NCBI RefSeq assembly: GCF_009914755.1
Contig: NC_060929.1
Origin: the human T2T-CHM13v2.0 reference genome, Homo sapiens
Reading direction: 5' to 3' (one strand)
Length of the DNA stretch: 64,000 nucleotides
This document shows, one piece after another, positions 1-15,379 of this stretch (its first letter is position 1; each line of letters starts with the position of its first letter). Both the position numbers and the translations under genes were made by a program. Under the pieces are notes generated by a model. The model did no database searches. It had not been told where the DNA came from and saw only the letters and a list, made by a program, of their open reading frames with translations.

Positions 1-72
1 TGCAAATTGTCTCTTTTCATTATCCCCTTGACCTAGGTTTGACAATTTGAGAAAAAAAATTTACAATGAGAA

Positions 73-305
73 AATACTTTAGGTGAAGACATTGATATTT
101 TATATGTACCAGTGGTGATTATTGTTCTCTAAGTGTTTAAAACCAAGTTATTCTTAGAACTTCCCCATGGTAGTATTCAACAGACAAGTTAATATTCAAT
201 TTTAAATCAATATAAAATTATAATTACTAGAAGAAGAATTAATGAGATTTCATACAATCCAAATAGAAAAGTATATGTATACAAGTAGCTAGACAGATGG
301 ATAGA

Positions 306-337
<32 letters not shown>

Positions 338-355
338 TAGATAGATAGATAGACA
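73..355 (+). repeat. Local direct duplication A, copy 1 (ends in a GATA/GACA microsatellite)
   Basis: Colinear with 1774-2037, e.g. both contain tagtattcaacagacaagttaatattcaattttaaatcaatata. Confidence 0.95.
300..355 (+). repeat. Compound tetranucleotide STR (GATA)6(GACA)3(GATA)4GACA
   Basis: Counted directly. Confidence 0.95.
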
Positions 356-871
356 ACAGGCTCACATCAACATCTACAGTAGGCACATTAGAATAAAATA
401 TCTCAGCCTGTTATCTAAATAGTTCTACTGTAGAATCACCTGGAGTACATTTTAAAATGGCAAATATCTCAGCCCCCTTCGTCATCCTCTCTGGCTATAA
501 CAGAATCACCACAGCTTTATTAGGATGATGCTTTGATTCTTTGCACTTCACTGAAATTACTTTTATTTAATTCTTGACTATTAACATTGGGACATTTCAG
601 GAAGATTAGAGCAGAGACAAAATGAACAAAGATGGAGAGAAACATTGTTAGTGTAGTCTACATCAGATCTTCCCACCGCAGCAAAACATATTTTCTGAAG
701 AAAAGATCTAAACAGTTGACAAACAACAATTAAAATGTAATTATATCGCAAAGTGACAATATTTTATCATTTTAATGGCCTGACAGCGTGGATTATTCAT
801 GCCTCTGCCAAATTTCCATTCAGGAAAAGATGAGTGAGTTGCCTGAATCACAAAAAGTATGTTCTTTTTAC

Positions 872-1059
872 CTTCTTTAAAGAAAGGATTCCTTCTCTGG
901 TCTCTTTGTCAGTGGAGATTGAGAATATTCCCATGCCATCACCATTTATGATGGAGTAGGTCATGTCAGCATTTGAGCCAGTGTCAGCATCATTTGCCTT
1001 GATTTTCCCAACAGCTGAACCAACTTGAGCTGACTCAGGAACATATAGCTGATAGTGTT
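872..1059 (-). CDS. CDH18: Cadherin-18 internal coding exon (188 nt, phase 1 to phase 0), first part of cadherin repeat EC3
   Basis: Minus-strand translation (K)HYQLYVPESAQVGSAVGKIKANDADTGSNADMTYSIINGDGMGIFSISTDKETREGILSLKK with cadherin PE and DxD motifs. Acceptor ttccag ends at 1060; donor AAG|gtaaaa begins at 871. Splices in frame from the 168-nt exon. Peptide recalled as CDH18. Confidence 0.95.
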
Positions 1060-1773
1060 CTGGAAGACATTTCATATTAAACATATTTAAATACAATGTT
1101 CATGAAATAATCTTACAAGAAAAAATAAATATTTAGAGCACATATTCAAATGAAGACTATATTAGGTAATGCATCAAATGGACTTTTTTAGATTTTAAAA
1201 GTAGACTATTTTGTAATTAAATACTAGATTTATATAAACTTTAAAAGGTACGTAAAATACTTTGCATGAAAATAATTTCTATATTTGAATATGAAATATT
1301 TTATTAGCTCTAAACCCTTAAGCTACAGACAATTAGAAGAGAGGTAAAGTTTTCATTCTGATTTTGAACCAAAACTGAATTAGTCAAGTATTAGTGTAAT
1401 CCCAATTTATTCTTCCACCCATCGTAAATGTGAAGTTCAAATATAAAAATGTGGAAACAAAAAGTATGGAAATATGGAATTCAACAGAAAAACAAGATAA
1501 AATGCCATAGCCTGTTTGTGAATATAGATAATTATTTTTATCAAGAATAGTGAGATATACAGTCATGTCCGAGAACGTGAATGTAGTTACATATTTCTTT
1601 AGCATAAATTCCCTATCAGCTTCTAAAAAGGATTTGAGGTGGCTTCATAATAAAGTTTTAAATAACAAAGTTATTAAAATTTTTAAAAATCGATTACAGA
1701 GTTGAAGCATGAGAAAGTAAATAGCTATAGAAAATTAAACAGCATTTGTGAATTAGCATTAATTTTGACACCT

Positions 1774-2037
1774 AATATTTTGGGTGAAGACAGTGATATT
1801 TTATATACACAAGTGGTGATTATTGTTCTCTAAGTGTTAAAACCAATTTATTCTTAGAACTCCCCTATGATAGTATTCAACAGACAAGTTAATATTCAAT
1901 TTTAAATCAATATACAATTGTAATTACTAGAAGAAGAATTAATGAGATTTCACACAATCCAAATAGAAAAGTATATGTACACAAGTAGCTCATTAGACAG
2001 ATGGATAGATAGACAGATAGATAGATTAGATAGATAG
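1774..2037 (+). repeat. Local direct duplication A, copy 2
   Basis: About 13 differences from copy 1 over ~210 bp by manual comparison; shorter GATA tract. Confidence 0.95.
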
Positions 2038-3340
2038 CTAACAATTTTAAAGCACTGTTAATTTTATACTCTCATTGTCTAATAGGTACAAAGATCATTT
2101 TTCCAAAGTTTGTCCTGATATTAAATGTCGAATGGAACCGTTTCTATAGTGCTTATATTAAGAAGCATAATGAACATGTTTTTAATAATTGTTTTATTGA
2201 CAAGTTAAAAAAGCTTATTAGAGCAATTTATTATAGAAAATTCAAAACATTATAAATAACAGAAGCCCAGGAATCTTGAATTAAAATGTAATTTGATAAA
2301 ATAATTTCTACCAAGATTAAATTAATAGTGATTCAATGCTATACAAGGACATAGACTATATAGATAAGTGAATACACAATCTCTAGAAAAATAATTTCAG
2401 TGAGACAATCATTTGTCATTAGTGATATGATACTGAAAACAAAAGTCTAATCTAGTGAATGTTGAAAATATCATTTTTTATTATTGTGATAAGAACACTT
2501 AATATGAGATCCATCCGATAAACAAATTTCTACACAACACAGCCTTGCTATTCATAGACACAGTATTTTTCAGCAGATCTCTAGGACTTATTCATTTTGC
2601 ATAATGACAATTTTATATTTGTTGATTAGCAACTCCTCACTCACCTTCCCTAGTCCCTGGTAACAACCACTCCATTCTTTGATTGTATGAATTTTACTAT
2701 TTTAGATACCTCATCTGCTTGAAATATGCAGTACTATATTTGCCCTTCAGTGACTGGTTGATTTAATTCAGTCTACTGTCCTCAGTAGTCATCCATGTTG
2801 TTGCGTATTGCAAGATCTCTTTTTTTAAGGCTAAATACTATTCCATTGTTTGATAAACCACATTTTTCTCTACATTCTCTGTCTATGGACACTTAGATTG
2901 TTTCCATGTCTTAGCTATTGTGAATAATGCTGCAATAAACATAGGAATGCTAATATTTATTTGTAATCCTGATTTCGATTTTTTAAATAAATACTCAGAA
3001 GTGTGGTCATTAGGTCATATAGTAATTTTACTTTTAATTTTTGAGGAATCTTTATACTATATTCTGTAGACGCTACACAAGTTCACATTTCTACCAACAG
3101 TTTGCAAGGGTTCAAATGTCTTCACATCCTCAACAATACTTTTCTGTCATTGGCTTTTTTCATAAATAGCCATCCTGAGAGGTATGAGGTGTTATCATAC
3201 TGTAGTTTTGATTTGCATTTCCATGATGACTGGTGACATTGAGCATCTTTATACGTACCTATTGTCCATTTGTATGTGTTCTTTAGAGAAACAGCTATTC
3301 AGGTCCTAGGCCCATTTTTTAATCAGGTTATTGATCATTT

Positions 3341-3534
3341 TTTTCCTTCCTTCTTCTCCTTCTCCCTCTCCTCCTCCCTTTCTTTCCCACTTCTGTCTCC
3401 CCCTCCCCTTCTACTTCACCCACTCCCCCTCCCGTTCTTCCTCCTCCTTCTCCTCCTTCACCCACTCCCCCTCCCCTTCTACCTCCTTCTTCCTCCTCCT
3501 TCTCCTCCTCTTCCTCCTCCTCCTCCTCCTCCTC

Positions 3535-3565
<31 letters not shown>

Positions 3566-3605
3566 TTCTTGTTCTTCTTCTTCTTCTTCTTCTTCTTCTT
3601 TCCTT
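3341..3605 (+). repeat. Polypyrimidine tract including (CCT)8 and (CTT)9GTT(CTT)9
   Basis: (CCT)8 at 3513-3536; (CTT)9GTT(CTT)9 at 3544-3600. Confidence 0.95.
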
Positions 3606-3980
3606 TTATTATTGAGTTGTAGGAGTTTTATTTTGGAAATAAGCCTTTTAGCAGACAGGGCTTGCAAATATTTCATTCCACTTCACAGGCTGCTTTTCAC
3701 TCTGTAGATTGTTTCCTTTGTTGTGTTAAAAATTTACAACTTGATATAGTCCCATTTGTCTGTTTTTGTTATTATTGCCTGGGATTTGCAGGTCATATCA
3801 GATTAATCATTATCAAGACTAACGTCATAAAGCTTTACCCCTATTTTTTTCTTTTAAGAGTTGTGCAGTTTCAGATTTTATGTTTAACTTGTTAATCCAG
3901 TTTGAATTAGTGTTTGTGTATGATATACAAAAAGAAGCCATTTTCATTCTTCTGTATATAGATAATGAGTTTTCAATGCA

Positions 3981-4289
3981 TTTTTTTGTTTGTTTGTTTT
4001 GTTTTGTTTTGTTTTTTGACACGGAATCTCACTCTGGCTGGAGTGGAATGGTGCATCTTGGCTCACTGCAAGCTCTGCCTCCTGGCTTCACAGGATTCTT
4101 CTGCCTCAACCTCCTGAGTAGCTGTGATTACAGGCCCGCACCACCACACACAGCTAATTTTTTGTATTTTTAGTAGAGACAGGGTTTCACTATGTTGGCC
4201 AGACTGGTCTTGAACTCCTGACCTCGTGATCCACCTGTCTCTGCCTTCCAAAGTGCTGGGATTACAGGCATGAGCCACTTCGCCCAGCC
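3981..4289 (-). mobile_element. Alu (AluS-type, Sg-like)
   Basis: T/GTTTT tail, ttttgtatttttagtagagacagggtttcac, ccaaagtgctgggattacaggcatgagccac. Confidence 0.95.
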
Positions 4290-4659
4290 TGTTTTTAAAG
4301 AGACTATCCTTTTCTCATTGTGTATTCTTAGCAACCTTGTTGAAGATGATTTTACTACCTGTGTCTGGATTTATTTAGAGGCTCTACTCTGTTCCACTGG
4401 CCTACATATCTGTCTGTATGCCATTACCATACTATTTTAATTACTGCAGCATTTTAAAATATTTTGAAATCAGCAAGTGTGTTGCCTCCAGCTTTGTTCT
4501 TCTTTTTCAACATTGTTTTGCTTCTTCAGGGCCTTTGTCTTTCCACATATATTTTAGAATTGTTCTTTGCTCTCCCTGTAAAAAAATGTCATTTGGATTT
4601 TGATAGGGATTTTACTGTACTTGTAGAGTTAAAATGTAGTATAGACATTTTATGAGAGT

Positions 4660-5226
4660 GCAACTGATAACATTATATACATAAAAGCTTAATGCTTTTC
4701 CAATAAGATCAGGAACAAAGCAAGGATGCCCACTCTTACCACTTCTTTTCAAAATAGTACTGGAAGACATAGCCAGAGCAATTAGGCATTTAAAAAAAAT
4801 AAAAGGGAACTAAATCAGAATGAAATAAGTAAAACTGTCCTTGTTTGTAGATAACATAATATTACATATATAAAAAAACAGGCTCCACAAAAAACAAAAA
4901 TTGTTATAACTAATAAACAAATTCGGTAAAGTTGCAGACATAAAATCAACAAAAAAATTAGTTGCATCTATACACACTAATAAAAATTATTTGAAAAAGT
5001 TAGAAAAATAATCCCATTTATAATAGCATTGAAATGAATAAAATCTGTATAAATAAACTAAGGAAGTGAAAGTCTCATGCACTGAAAATTATAAAACATG
5101 GATGAAAAATGTAAAAAGACAAAAGGAAGTGAAGGACTTATACACCGTAAACTAGAAAACATGGATGAAAAATGTAAAAAGACAAATAAATGGAAAGACA
5201 TTCAGTGTTCATGGTTTAAAATATTT
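4660..5226 (+). mobile_element. L1 ORF2 segment inverted relative to the adjacent L1
   Basis: aagatcaggaacaaagcaaggatgcccactcttaccacttc ... aaatggaaagacattcagtgttcatgg in L1-sense orientation on +. Confidence 0.85.
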
Positions 5227-5227
5227 A

Positions 5228-5581
<354 letters not shown>

Positions 5582-6734
5582 TCAACAAATATTTTTCTCA
5601 GCTCTCTTTCATAAGCATTGGAGAATACACCTGGAATAAACTCACAGCAAAGTAAGAAAGACATTAGCTTTTAGTCTAACTAAACTAAATGTCCGAATAA
5701 ATTGTATGTTCAACCAACATATCTTTTCCTGTGTAAAACACCCTCTTCTTTTAAACAAACAATCCCTTGACCTTAACCATATGGTTTTATCAAGATCTAC
5801 CATTACTAAAAGATCTATCTTCCTTGATTCTGTGAATTGGCATGGGAAAAGCATGAGACCCAAATGTTATAGGATCCCTCCTTCGTTCTCACAGTTGATT
5901 GGTGAAGGGTAGGCAGTTTTTCAAACATCTCCAAAAAGAGTATATTTCTCAAAAATGTTGAACTGGAACTAGAAAATAACTTTCATCTCTCTTTGGTGGC
6001 ACAGCTATGAAATACTAAGAAGAGGCTTTTGTCAATGGTCGTGTTTCCAAAATTGATGTTGAAAGGCCAAATTTGAGGGCATAAAATCAGCATCAAAGAG
6101 AAGCCATGTGATTTGCACTGGCCTTGAAAATATCATGATGTTCCTGAAAAGTCACATCTATAATGGGACACTGTTTTGCTCAACAAAATGTATAGACATA
6201 TTACAAAATAAATTGGTACAAATTCTCTAAAATATTTTGAGACAGAGACTAGAAGGAGTCAATTTTTTTGGATGCTGTGGTCTCCAAGGTCCAACTAAAC
6301 CAGAATTAACCACTATTACATAAGCCTTCAAAAACCTGTCAAGTAGTTAATACTAGGATGGTAACACTAGAAAACCAAAGATGTCTTAGTTAACAGAGAT
6401 AAATAAATACATTATAGAATTACTATGATGATAGCGTTATAAAGAAGGTTGTTTTCACAAAGCGGATTGCAAAAAACTGTTCAAATGGGTCACAAAAGAC
6501 TCACGGCCCAGAAAACATTTAGGCTGGGTCTTAAAATATGAAACAGATTCCTGGTACAGGCAGATTATGTTTATAGAAAAAAAACCTGATAATTCTTGAC
6601 ACATTTTAAGAATTGCAAGAATAGTAACTTCCCCATTCACTATGTCCCATTAAACAAAGGAGTGCATTAAGATTAATATTTTGTACACTCTCCATTGAGT
6701 TGAGAATTATAATTTGTAAATTAAGAGTCAACTT

Positions 6735-7250
6735 TTAGTAGACAGCCTTCAAGGCGGCCACATTTTATCCATGCATCCTGCTGATCATGTCCTTGAGTAA
6801 TCATTTCCTCTTGAATGTTGGCTAGATATAGTGGCTCACTTATGATGGAGTTCAGCAAAAGTAATCGGACATCTCTTACAAGACTAGGTTACAAAAAGAC
6901 TGTGGCTTCTATCATGGGAACACTTTCTCACTCCCTCTTGTATCACTCTCTGGGGCAAGCTATCTGTTATGTTTCGTTGCAGCCCATAGAGCAAGTGAGT
7001 GATGCCTGCCAAAAGCCATGTGAGTAAGCTGGAAGCAGAAACCAGCTCCACCTCCACTGAGGTAAGCCTTTGGGCAAGACCTCAGCCCCTGCTGACTTCT
7101 ACACTGGAATCTCATAAGCATGAACCAAAGGCACTCATCTAAACCATAGCTAGATTCCTGACCTACAGAAATTGTGAAATAATAAATATTAGTTGTTTTA
7201 ATATGCCAATTGGAATGCTTTGCAACACAGGCAAAGATAAGCTATACACA
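6735..7250 (+). mobile_element. MaLR LTR (MLT1F-like)
   Basis: Start gtagacagccttcaag, internal ctaggttacaaaaagactgtggcttc, end cctgacctacagaaattgtgaaataataaat...gttgtttta. Confidence 0.7.
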
Positions 7251-9459
7251 CTTTTGCAGTAGTTGCCAGTGATTTGCTAATTCAAATGCATTCTTTTATT
7301 GTTCTTGTCATCCTGGGGCACTGTGAGTTATGTTGAGGAAAACTGAAAACCAAAATAAACAAACAAACAAAACATGATTCTATTGCACCCTTATTGCTGA
7401 TTATTTCTCCTCCTATGATTTTATACTTTGATATATTTCTAACAGAAAAAAAAACAAATAAAAAATGTCATGAAACACACACGTATGCTGTCAAATCTTA
7501 ATGTTTTGGTGTATTTGCTTCAGTTCTCATTTGATAAAGTAACATACTATTGAAGGCATAGGTGATGCTTCTAAGTGAGCCATTTGCTATAATCAAATTC
7601 TCAGCTCATCTTCCCAGAACCATGATCATCCCCTTATATAACTTAAAAATATTAATGTAATGTGTTTCCACAAATACATATTCAAATAGTATGGTTATTT
7701 AGATTTTATGTTTATATTCATCTTTTTTTGTATTTTTTATTCAAAATCATAATTTGAGATGTAACTAAGATGTCGCATATAGTTCTAGTTTGTTAATTAG
7801 AATGTAGTGTTTATTTTAATAATATGCTACAAGTTATCTAACCTTATATTTTTCTAATTTAGAAATAGTCAAATGAATTTTACTTTACATATCTCCTTAT
7901 TCACATGCAGGAAAATTTACTTAGGCTACAGCTATAAAAAAGGCCCTCTCTAGAGTTTTAGAACACAGACCTTCCCTGGTTGTATCACTACTTTGCTAAT
8001 ATCTCAGTTTCATTACAGACTTATCTTTCACTTTTTTCTTAAAAGAGAGTATTGTCCGTAACTTAGTACCTCATTTCTATTCCTTATATACACACTCTAG
8101 AAAGGTACATTTGTCCCTGTGGTTTCAACATCAACATATAAACTTATGGCTCCCAAATGAATAGTCACTTCTACTATATCCTGAGTTTCTGTTAAAATAT
8201 TCAAAGGATGGTCATCTCCAACTTTACGCTGGGCATTTACAATCTTGCATCTTTTTTTAAAAAAGGAAATTGAAACTATTTGGAAAATTTAAAATGTAGA
8301 ACAATGAAAAAAGAATAAATTGTTTAAAGTTTACAACAAAAGAAGGACATAGGAAACTGAATGAACCAAATATGAAGGTTAAACTTCATGTAACACTCCC
8401 CATTTGCTGATACAAACTATATTGAAAACAAAACAAATAAAAAACAAGAAATGAAAAAACTAAATGATAATTGTATTTTTAAAATATCAATTTGATAACA
8501 AAATTAAATTATCTCCTCACTTCCCTAAAATTGTTTATGTCCATGAAACTTACAACTGTTAAATAATTATGTTTAGTATTAAAAATTACTCAAGTTGGCT
8601 GTAGCAAAGGACATCCCACAATGAAGAGATGTGTTATCTTTAGTAAATTCCAGCTATTTAAGCCACATAGAAACAGTAATGGTAATATAACTTTTAGAAT
8701 CTGGTTGTCCAACTTCACAGAATTACTAAAATTTGCAAATAAAATGTCAAATTTGTATTTATAACAAAGGGTTATTTATAACTATGCACTAATATGTGAC
8801 TATTAATGAAAAATTGGAATAGACAAAATAGAAAAAAGGCAATTTGTTGTTTTATCACTAAAATAATTTTTTTAAAAATCATATGACTCAATTGATAATG
8901 TTTATTGCTTTGTGATTGTAGTGATATCATATTTAGTATTCTACCGTAAAAGATAATAACTTTAAACTTTCAAATATAATTTCCATATATGTGTGTGTAT
9001 ATATATTTACATACACAAATATATGTACACACAGTGTTATATAATAGACGCAACATATTCATAGATGTCCTAAGATTATATAATCTAAAAGACATGGATC
9101 ATGAATCTAGTTGATATAATGAAGAAATTGATGTAAACAATATCTGTTATATAATGGATTATGTGTCTTTTTATAAAAATTCAAGTCATTTAACATGTAT
9201 TTTCAAAATGCAAGAATTTGTTTTTCAAGTATTTACTAAGTAAAACAGATGTTATGCTGCTTTACACGTAGCTCTGCTTTTATGAATATAAAAATATTCA
9301 TATTTATTATGCTGGCCCAGTACACTTACAGTATATATTTTGGTCATCATATACATAAGTGAGAAAAGAACACCCCCAGTTATTAATAGTCATCAGCTCT
9401 GTGACGATATTTCATCTGATTTGTGTAGCAGTAAAGAGTGACTAAAAAAACACAGAGCC

Positions 9460-9847
<388 letters not shown>

Positions 9848-9895
9848 TTAGCCATGCAACAGGGGAGCTCTTTAACTGTAAAGGTCACTTTGCTA

Positions 9896-10213
9896 TGGAT
9901 GAAGCTGGAAACCATCATTCTCAGCAAACTATTGCAAGGACAGAAAACCAAACACTGCATGTTCTCACTCATAGGTGGGAATTAAACTATGAGAACACTT
10001 GGACACAGGAAGGGAAACATCACACACCGGGGCCTGTCGTGGGTGGGGGAGGGGGGAGGGATAGCACTAGGAGATATACCTAATGTAAATGACGAGTTAA
10101 TGGGTGCAGCAAACCAACATGCACATGTATACATATGTAACAAACCTGCACGTTGTGCACATCTACCCTAGAACTTAAAAGTATAATAATTAAAAATAAA
10201 AATAAAAATAAAT
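9896..10213 (+). mobile_element. 5'-truncated primate L1PA 3' end
   Basis: atggatgaagctggaaaccatcattctcagcaaact ... G-rich 3' UTR ... cctagaacttaaaagtataata plus A-rich tail. Confidence 0.95.
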
Positions 10214-11029
10214 AAGCCTCTAGAGTTTTTCAGCTGGTACCAACTTTTAATGTCTTAAATTAACTTATATCTACTGAGCCAGCTGTTCTCTATAACACTA
10301 AAGTCGATGCTTAGGGTCACTAAGGGTTGTCTCTCCTCACTCCTCTAAATTAAATTATTTTTTCATACTAGATACCTAATTATTTTAACAGTAATTTATA
10401 CACTTGAATTTATTTTTCTGTCCTTTTTCTTGAAAAAAAGAAATATAGTTTTCATGAAGGTCTGTCCATTCTTGGCAATTATTAGATACTTTCATGAAAA
10501 AAATAGAAAGTACATGGGGAGAAATTTTTTCCTTGAATGAAATATCTACCACACTAATATGTACTATAGGATATGTAGTATTTTAATGCCTTACATTATT
10601 TTTAAGGTGGAATCCTTTTCTTATCTGGAAAAATTAAATGTATTGGTAGCACTTATGATTTAAATGCCTAAAAAAACAAAGATGGGACTTACATTAGAAA
10701 AATGGCAGATTACAAAGCTCCAAGCCTGTACACATTTGAATATTTCCCAGAGTTTTTATAAGTTTAGCTCAGCTAGTTTTAAGTTGCTTTTCGATGTTTC
10801 CATGAGGGAACAAGTGACTTAAAACTAGGTGAAATAAACTTATAAAAGCTCTTGGAAATATTCAAACGTGTACAGAAAGCAAGAAAATCCTCAACTAAGG
10901 AAAAAATAAATTCAAGCATTAAGCATCTGTGGTGTTTCAACTTGCTCTTGCCCCATTCCCTTCCCAGGGCAAGGAGATCTTGGTCTGCAGGAGGTTACAA
11001 GCCAGTTCCAAGATCTGTTCTCTCTAGAA

Positions 11030-13385
<2,356 letters not shown>

Positions 13386-14356
13386 GAGAACAACTAGTAA
13401 TTGAGCTGTTTTTCAGAATAGAAAAATGAAGAAGAGACACAACAAATGCTGGGAATTTATGATGAAAATCTGACCAAAATCACAAAAAGTGATATTACTA
13501 CCAAAATATATAATTATCTTCAAAATGCTAGTTTTGCTTGGATTTTCAGTGTGTGAGGCTTAGATTTTCTGAGATATGAGGTAGGGCAATGTGCATTTTT
13601 CAATTTTAGGCACCAAATTGTTTATAGTATCAATAAAATATATATAAATATATAAATTATAAATACATAAATAAAATATATATAAATTATGTTCTAACTC
13701 ATTAGAATTTTTTTTACTTTTTAATTTCTTCAAGTAGTACTAGAATAATTTATTCTGGTTTTAAGACTACATAATTTTACACAGCTTAGGAATACAGATC
13801 TCACTGTGTAACAGCTTTGTATCTGGATGCACCATAGTTTTGTATGCCACATGTGATCTTTTCACATAATTTCTTAGACTGCATCATAATATACTACTGA
13901 TTATGGAAAATACACTTAAGGAAGGAAGACATGGTGGGAATAATAAAAGGGCATTTGTCTCACTGAGGCTTGTCCCTTTTAATATACTTTCTTTTCCTCC
14001 AGGACAGCACTGATTCTAGTTGCTTTTTAAAAGACCTTGTGTCTTTACTACAGTAATTTTGTCATTTACTTGAATAAGTCATTCCCTATGATTACCCCAA
14101 GGCCCTATCTTACAAAAGCTGTAATAAATTTAATCATTACATTTGTTAGAACTATTTACTATTTTATAGTATTTACTTGAGAAAGTGAGATGCTTCTCAG
14201 GGAAAACTGACTGACATGTGAGAGGTTAGAAACTATGATGTCTGACTTACAGAGTTTGCCTGTCTTTCCTGATAAAATTAACCAGACAGTTTTTATAATC
14301 TCCACTTTAAATGTTTATGCAAATACAGTTTATGCTGAGAATGCTAATTTCAAATT

Positions 14357-14360
<4 letters not shown>

Positions 14361-14398
<38 letters not shown>
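14361..14398 (+). repeat. (CA)19 microsatellite
   Basis: Counted directly. Confidence 0.97.
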
Positions 14399-14400
<2 letters not shown>

Positions 14401-15379
14401 GTATTCTGAGATTTTCCTGCATTTAAGAGACTTAAGCTGAATATTGATTATTAAGCATTGTGGTTGGCTCTACGTGCAATGTTTTTTAAAACATAAATAA
14501 AGTAAATTTAAGTACTACTGCCATTTGAATGCCATAAATAAAAAGGGCAATTTTCCTCTATCAGAATCTTTACTGTTCTAAGAAATATCTTTAAAATCGT
14601 TTAACCCAATACATTCTGTTTCTATGTGTCAACATGCACTATAGGAAAGCTGATTATTCTATAGAATGTTTTTTTTTTCTCTCAAGTATTATAGTGGAAC
14701 ACTTTCTTTGTTTTCTCTCACTCTTAATCATAAATAACACATAAATGCTTGAAGAAAGACTATTAGAAATTTTAATTGAAATTCAGTCCACTTTTTAAGT
14801 ATTCTTTGAAGGTGTGCAAATTGATTTGTAATGCCTAACTATAAGAATCAAATTATTTCCAAGAAATATATGCTTATTACCATAAACATACCTACCTAAA
14901 CAAAATATTATGTAAAGGAAAAGGAATTATTCTGTAACTTTATTATAGTACACAACCACATAGATTAAAAACAAACCGTAATACAATTGAAATGTCATGA
15001 CTAGTACGTTTCTAAACAGAGAGCTCCATATAATTTCAAAATATTCAATTCTAAAATCAGAAGAATGTAATACTATTATTTATTTATAGCTGTTACTTTG
15101 TTAGAAAGAATATGATCTACAGGTGTATGTGTCTTATTATAATAAATACATAATAATTTTCAATTATCTTTATAAACTAAATATCATGATGTAAGATAAA
15201 AATATTGTGTTTCTATGAAGGCTAAATGAAAATAAAATAATAATATTACTCATTTAAAGTTAATTTAATAATTTCATCTTTATTTTAGAGTTCATCCTTT
15301 CAATTTAGCCACATAGAATACAAATTGATAGAGAATACATCTAATTATCTTCCATAATCTTTCTATTTAAACTTAAGTG

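Larger units (their letters stand above)
2475..4652 (-). mobile_element. Old L1 (L1MA-like) ORF2 3' part and 3' UTR, interrupted by a CT-rich tract and an Alu
   Basis: Typical antisense L1 motifs: ccatgttgttgc, gctattgtgaataatgctgcaataaacat, gttttgatttgcatttcc, ttgttgaagat, ttttgatagggatt. Confidence 0.85.

Noticed and set aside
848-1096. 82-aa ORF as a standalone gene
   Set aside because: Only 872-1059 is cadherin-like and bounded by splice sites; the start codon and C-terminal tail are intronic.
3270-3707. Pro/Ser-, Leu- and Glu/Gly-rich ORFs
   Set aside because: Translations of the CCT/CTT simple repeat inside an L1.
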